Source: an uncultured Chloroflexia bacterium
GTDB lineage: Bacteria; Chloroflexota; Limnocylindria; Limnocylindrales; CSP1-4
Assembly (NCBI GenBank): GCA_963828165.1
Contig: CAWHDR010000001.1
Coordinates: 1 to 64,000 of the forward strand
Reading direction: 5' to 3'
Length of the DNA stretch: 64,000 nt
In this document: one piece after another, positions 59,984-64,000 of the stretch
Layout: every line of letters begins with the position of its first letter
Position numbering within the stretch: the stretch's first letter is position 1
Notes under the pieces: model-generated
What the model was told of the DNA's origin: nothing
Database searches by the model: none
What the model saw: only the letters and a program-made list of their open reading frames with translations
Made by a program: the position numbers and the translations under genes

Positions 59984-60919
59984 TCAGTCACGGAGCGCCC
60001 GACCGGTCAGGTCCAGGAAGACGTCCTCGAGGGTCGCCCGCCGGATCGCCAGGTTCTGGGGCTCCAATCCGCGGCGCTCCGTCAACGCCAGCAGCGCCCC
60101 GATCGTCGGGCCGACATCGCTCGTGTAGAGCAGCATCTCGCCACCGTCCGCCTTGACCGACGCGACGGCCGGCAGCGCCTCGAGCTCGGCCGTGGTCAGC
60201 TCGGGCAGCCGGTCGAACCGGACGGCCCGTTCATGGAAGCGCTTCGTGACGAGCTCGTCGACCGTACCCATCTCGAGGATCTTCCCGTGGTCCATGATCG
60301 CGAGTCGATCGCACAGGACCTCGGCCTCCTCCATGTAGTGCGTCGTGAGCAGCACGGTCCGTCCGGCGGCTTTCAGGCCCAGCACGAGGTCCCACAGCGA
60401 CCGGCGAGCGGCGGGGTCGAGACCTGTCGTCGGCTCGTCCAGGAACACGAGCTCCGGGTCGTTCACCAGCGCCAGGGCCACGGCCAATCGCTGGCGTTGC
60501 CCGCCGGACAGGATCTTGGTCTGGGCGTTCTTGCGCTCGCCCAGGTCCAGGTCGGCGATGAGCTCGGCGGTCGGTCGTGAGCGCGCGTAGAAGCTGCGGA
60601 ACAGGTCGAGGACCTCAGTGACCGTGAGCTTCGGGTAGAGCGCCGCGGTCTGCAGGCTGATCCCGATCCGCGGCTTGAGCGCGTCCGCGTCACGGGTCAC
60701 GTCGACTCCCAGGACGCTGACCTCGCCACCGTCGGCGGCGCGCAGCCCCTCGAGGATCTCCACGGTCGTGGTCTTGCCGGCGCCGTTGGGCCCCAGGAGG
60801 CCGAAGATCTCGCCACCGGCGACGTCGAAGTCCACGCCGGCGACGGCCTGGACATCGCCGTATCGCTTGGTCAAGCCGCGAACTCGGATGACCGGGCTCC
60901 CCCCGATCGCGACGGTCAT
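59984..60919 (-). CDS. ABC transporter ATP-binding protein
   Basis: GPNGAGKTT, LSGGQRQR, FLDEPTTGLDP, TTHYMEEAE. Confidence 0.95.
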   Translation of the reverse strand: MTVAIGGSPVIRVRGLTKRYGDVQAVAGVDFDVAGGEIFGLLGPNGAGKTTTVEILEGLRAADGGEVSVLGVDVTRDADALKPRIGISLQTAALYPKLTVTEVLDLFRSFYARSRPTAELIADLDLGERKNAQTKILSGGQRQRLAVALALVNDPELVFLDEPTTGLDPAARRSLWDLVLGLKAAGRTVLLTTHYMEEAEVLCDRLAIMDHGKILEMGTVDELVTKRFHERAVRFDRLPELTTAELEALPAVASVKADGGEMLLYTSDVGPTIGALLALTERRGLEPQNLAIRRATLEDVFLDLTGRALRD

Positions 60920-60968
60920 GGCGGCGATGGTGCCACAGACCCAACCTCGACGGTCGTCATCGCCCGGG

Positions 60969-62357
60969 CTATGCGTCCGGGACCGGGTCGGAAGGCGCGT
61001 CCGGATCGGCCTCCCAGCCGGTCGACCAGTCGATATCGAGCGCGATGCTGGAGTCGTCCGACGCGAGATCGGATTCCGGTGCCGGCGCGCCGAGGCCCAG
61101 GTAGGCGTCCTTCGCGGCGGAGAGTCCGACATCCTTTCCGGCGAGCTCGGAGAGGATCCACTTCTGCTCGAGCATGTCGCAGTACGCCTGGAGGGGATCG
61201 CGTCCCGGACCGATCGCCGGGACGAGCTCGCGGAGGCTCGGTTCGAGGACGTTGACCAGCCAACGCTCGGCTGCCTCCTTTTCGGAGATCGATCGTCCCT
61301 CTTCGTGCTCGAGCCAGGCCTGGTGCTCGTGCAGGTCGTTGAGCAGGAGCTGCGCCTGCCCCTCGAGAGCGACGAGCCCCGTCAGTCGACCCAGCTCGCG
61401 GGCGTGGAACCGCCGATTGGCGACGGCGACCTTCAACCGGACCACGTTCTGGCCGTGCCCGATCGGTTCGAGCGTGATCTCGTCGACCGCGAAGCCGAGC
61501 TCGTTGAGCCGGCGGATGCGAGCCCGCACGGCGTGTCGATCGTCGGCTGACAGCTCGGGCTCGAGGTGCAGCTCGTCCCAGACGTCCGCGTAGCGGGCGC
61601 GAACGGTCTCGGCGGCCTCGACCGCGTCGTCGGAGGCGCCCTCGCGCGCCTGCATGGCCCCGAGGTCAGCCAGGCCGAAGGCCACGTTCTCGACGAGGAT
61701 GTCAAGGTCGTACTCCCGCTGTCCGTCTGACAGCGACGGGTGGATCTCGCTCGTCTCTGCGTCGACGAGGAACGCCTGGATCTTGTCGCCATCACGACGG
61801 AACAGCGTGTTGGCGAGCGAGCAATCGCCCCAGAACACACCGGCTCGGTGGAGGTCCACGAGAAGCCACGCCATCGCGTCGAGCAACCGGTCGCGGTACG
61901 GCCCCGGACCGAGCGGGAAGCGCATGAGCAGGCGCCGGTACTGGATGGAGAACTCCAGGTATTCGGTCACGAGGATGGCCGTGTCCCGATCCGGGGCCGC
62001 GGCGAGCCCCACGGGCGCCACGGCCGGCAGGCCCTTCGCCTGGAGGTGGCGAAGCACGGTGAACTCGGTCGACGCCACCTCGAGCGGCTCCTCCTTGAGC
62101 GCATAGGTTCGGCGGCCGCTGGTCAGGAACCTGACGAGGTGACGGGAGGGTCCCACGGGCAGCTCGCGCACGCGCATCCCGGCGATCGTCTTCTGGTCGT
62201 CGGGGCGCCACTCCCCGAGCGGACGCTCCCAGGGCAGGTCAAGCAGCTCGGCCGCGCCCTCACGCAGCCGAAGGCGCGGGAAGGCAGAGACGTTGCGCGG
62301 GGCGGGTTCCGAGGGCTCGGCAGCGGTCTCGACCGGCCCGGTCCCTGGAGTCGACAC
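60969..62357 (-). CDS. DUF4032 domain protein (kinase-like fold)
   Basis: LLDLPW..PL.EW, SRHLVRF, FWGDCSLANTLFRRD, LVDAET, KWILSE..G.DVG. Confidence 0.85.
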   Translation of the reverse strand: MSTPGTGPVETAAEPSEPAPRNVSAFPRLRLREGAAELLDLPWERPLGEWRPDDQKTIAGMRVRELPVGPSRHLVRFLTSGRRTYALKEEPLEVASTEFTVLRHLQAKGLPAVAPVGLAAAPDRDTAILVTEYLEFSIQYRRLLMRFPLGPGPYRDRLLDAMAWLLVDLHRAGVFWGDCSLANTLFRRDGDKIQAFLVDAETSEIHPSLSDGQREYDLDILVENVAFGLADLGAMQAREGASDDAVEAAETVRARYADVWDELHLEPELSADDRHAVRARIRRLNELGFAVDEITLEPIGHGQNVVRLKVAVANRRFHARELGRLTGLVALEGQAQLLLNDLHEHQAWLEHEEGRSISEKEAAERWLVNVLEPSLRELVPAIGPGRDPLQAYCDMLEQKWILSELAGKDVGLSAAKDAYLGLGAPAPESDLASDDSSIALDIDWSTGWEADPDAPSDPVPDA

Positions 62358-62368
62358 GGACGGTCCGG

Positions 62369-62808
62369 TCAGAGCTTCTTGCGCAGGTAGGCCGTGACGG
62401 CCCCGTCGTAGCCCAGCGATTCGTACAGACGGCGGGCTTCCGGACGGTGGTGGCCGGCCGTGATCTCGATGAACGCGGCGCCGAGCTCGGCGCCGATGCG
62501 CTCGGCTTCCGCCATCAGCGCGTGACCGACGCCGCGCTCGCGGGCGCCTGCGTCCACGACCAGGGCCAGCACCCGCAGGATCCGGTCGTCGTGCTCGAAG
62601 CGGGGCATCGCGTGGAGGGCGATGAACCCGAGCAGCTCGCCTTCGTGCTCCGCGACCAGGACACGCGAGAAATCCGACCCGAAACGGGTGAGCCGTTGCG
62701 ACGATATCGCTCGGGTCCGGCCGGGTAGCCCTCGTCGGTGAACAGGGTGGCGATCGTCTCGGCGTCGGTCTCGGCCGCCGGTCGGATGGTGGGGTCGCTG
62801 TCGGTCAT
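62369..62808 (-). CDS. GNAT acetyltransferase (two apparent +1 insertions near 62700-62716)
   Basis: TIRPA..DAE.IA.L...GYP, then LVVD..ARERGVG..LM, RLYESLGY in another frame. Confidence 0.75.
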
Positions 62809-63215
62809 GGTGGCGATGGTACGGCCTCGACGACGAGGCGATGGGGACCGGCGGGCCCGCCACCGAGCCGCAGACGCTCGGATCCGAAGGGACCCGGCCG
62901 CGCGGCGGACAGCGCCCCGGAGCCCATGCTGGACGGCGCCGCGAGGACCCAGGTCGCTGCCCAACCCTCGCCCGAGCGGGCCAGCGACGCCGCGAGGCGG
63001 CCCTCGGTATCAGGCTCGAGCAGCGCGATCCACAGCCCCGTATCGGCCGCCCGGGCCGATCTGCAGCGCGCTCCAAGGAGCACGGACGCGGGTGCGGCGC
63101 CGAAGGCGGCGCCTGGGGCGAGCAGGTGCGCGAGCTGCTCCGCGGCGCGGTCCAGCTCGACCGTCGCCCAGCCGATGGCCATGACGCGGGACGCCACGTC
63201 CGGCAGGTCGATCAC
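62805..63215 (-). CDS. Hypothetical protein (possibly degenerate VOC/glyoxalase-like)
   Basis: GWATVELDRAA, LLEP..EGRLAASLAR.GEG; coupled to both neighbours. Confidence 0.55.
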   Translation of the reverse strand: MIDLPDVASRVMAIGWATVELDRAAEQLAHLLAPGAAFGAAPASVLLGARCRSARAADTGLWIALLEPDTEGRLAASLARSGEGWAATWVLAAPSSMGSGALSAARPGPFGSERLRLGGGPAGPHRLVVEAVPSPP

Positions 63216-64000
63216 CCGACCAGCACCATATCCGGCGCCGGGTCGCCGCCCATCACGAACCCGAGCCGTTCGTAGAGCGCGATGGCCGCGGGATTGTCCG
63301 CGAACACCCCGAGATGGACCCACTCGCTGCCGGCTTCGACCGCGTCGAGCAGGGCTCGAGCCGTCACGAGCCGACCGAAACCCAGGCCCCGTGCGCGCTC
63401 CACGGTCCCGATCGACGAGAGGTAGCTCAGGCCGTCGAACGTCGCGCGCCGAGCGACCGCGACCGGAAGGCCAGCCTGCCGAACCACGTAGTGCATGAAA
63501 CGCCGGTCCGCGAGCGACGCCACGGTCTCCGCGACCATCGCTTCGCGCCTCGCCGCGCCGACGCCGAACGCGTCGAACAACACCGAGACGATGGCGTCGG
63601 CGGCGGCCCCGGCGGCGTCGCCTTTGACGCCCGCGAGCTGCTCCAGGACCACGTCGGCAGCCGGCGGCGCCGCCAGGGCGGCCTGCGCCGGCGTACCGTC
63701 GCGCGCGACCATGAGCAATCCCTTGCCCATGTCCTCGAACCCGTTGGCCGCCAGCCGCGCGGCCAGATCGAGCGGTTCGTCGTGTGGGGGCGAGACCCAG
63801 ATGTGCGGCTGTCGGCCGATCGAAGCGAACAGGATGCCCACCTCGGCCAGCCGCCGATCGAACGCGGCCGCCTCGCTCGGCCAGCGCGCGCCTTCGACCC
63901 GGTTCCAGAAGGGTTCCGGATCGAGCGGGTCATGGAGGAGCAGCGCATCGCCGAGATCGCGCAGCTCGCGCCCCGGGATCGCATGGACCTCGGCCTCGTG
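63212..64000 (-). CDS. GNAT acetyltransferase, 3' part (start beyond right edge)
   Basis: YLSSIGT..RARGLGFG, LGVFADNPAAIALYERLGF; frame appears open to 64000. Confidence 0.85.
   Translation of the reverse strand, partial: HEAEVHAIPGRELRDLGDALLLHDPLDPEPFWNRVEGARWPSEAAAFDRRLAEVGILFASIGRQPHIWVSPPHDEPLDLAARLAANGFEDMGKGLLMVARDGTPAQAALAAPPAADVVLEQLAGVKGDAAGAAADAIVSVLFDAFGVGAARREAMVAETVASLADRRFMHYVVRQAGLPVAVARRATFDGLSYLSSIGTVERARGLGFGRLVTARALLDAVEAGSEWVHLGVFADNPAAIALYERLGFVMGGDPAPDMVLVG

Overview
High-GC bacterial chromosomal segment, densely coding. The gene style suggests a Chloroflexota/Limnocylindria-like soil or freshwater organism; this is inference only. Most genes are housekeeping or accessory metabolism: TPR-rhomboid, SRAP, a TadE/TadE/TadG cassette, an ECF sigma/anti-sigma locus, an M16 peptidase pair, copC, carA-carB with tandem PyrR-type leader hairpins, two CHRD proteins, MMPL, ALDH, and ABC exporters. 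Also present are folE, an HDAC-family protein, ArsR-trxA, and a C4 acyl-CoA gene set (thiolase, acyl-CoA dehydrogenase, hbd, meaB, and a split B12 mutase with isobutyryl-CoA-mutase residues). tRNA-Lys(CTT) is followed by a decayed 1.9-kb integrated element. Three signals stand out. (1) An XRE-HTH/PD-(D/E)XK nuclease gene whose 3' end carries an inverted pair of ~32-bp hairpin repeats that reappear, without a gene, between carA and carB (a REPIN-like family with a non-RAYT candidate enzyme). (2) A candidate ~225-nt stand-alone structured RNA at ~56144-56370. (3) Pervasive leaderless-type TANNNT-N6/7-start architecture. Five genes carry only +1 insertions, most likely consensus errors.
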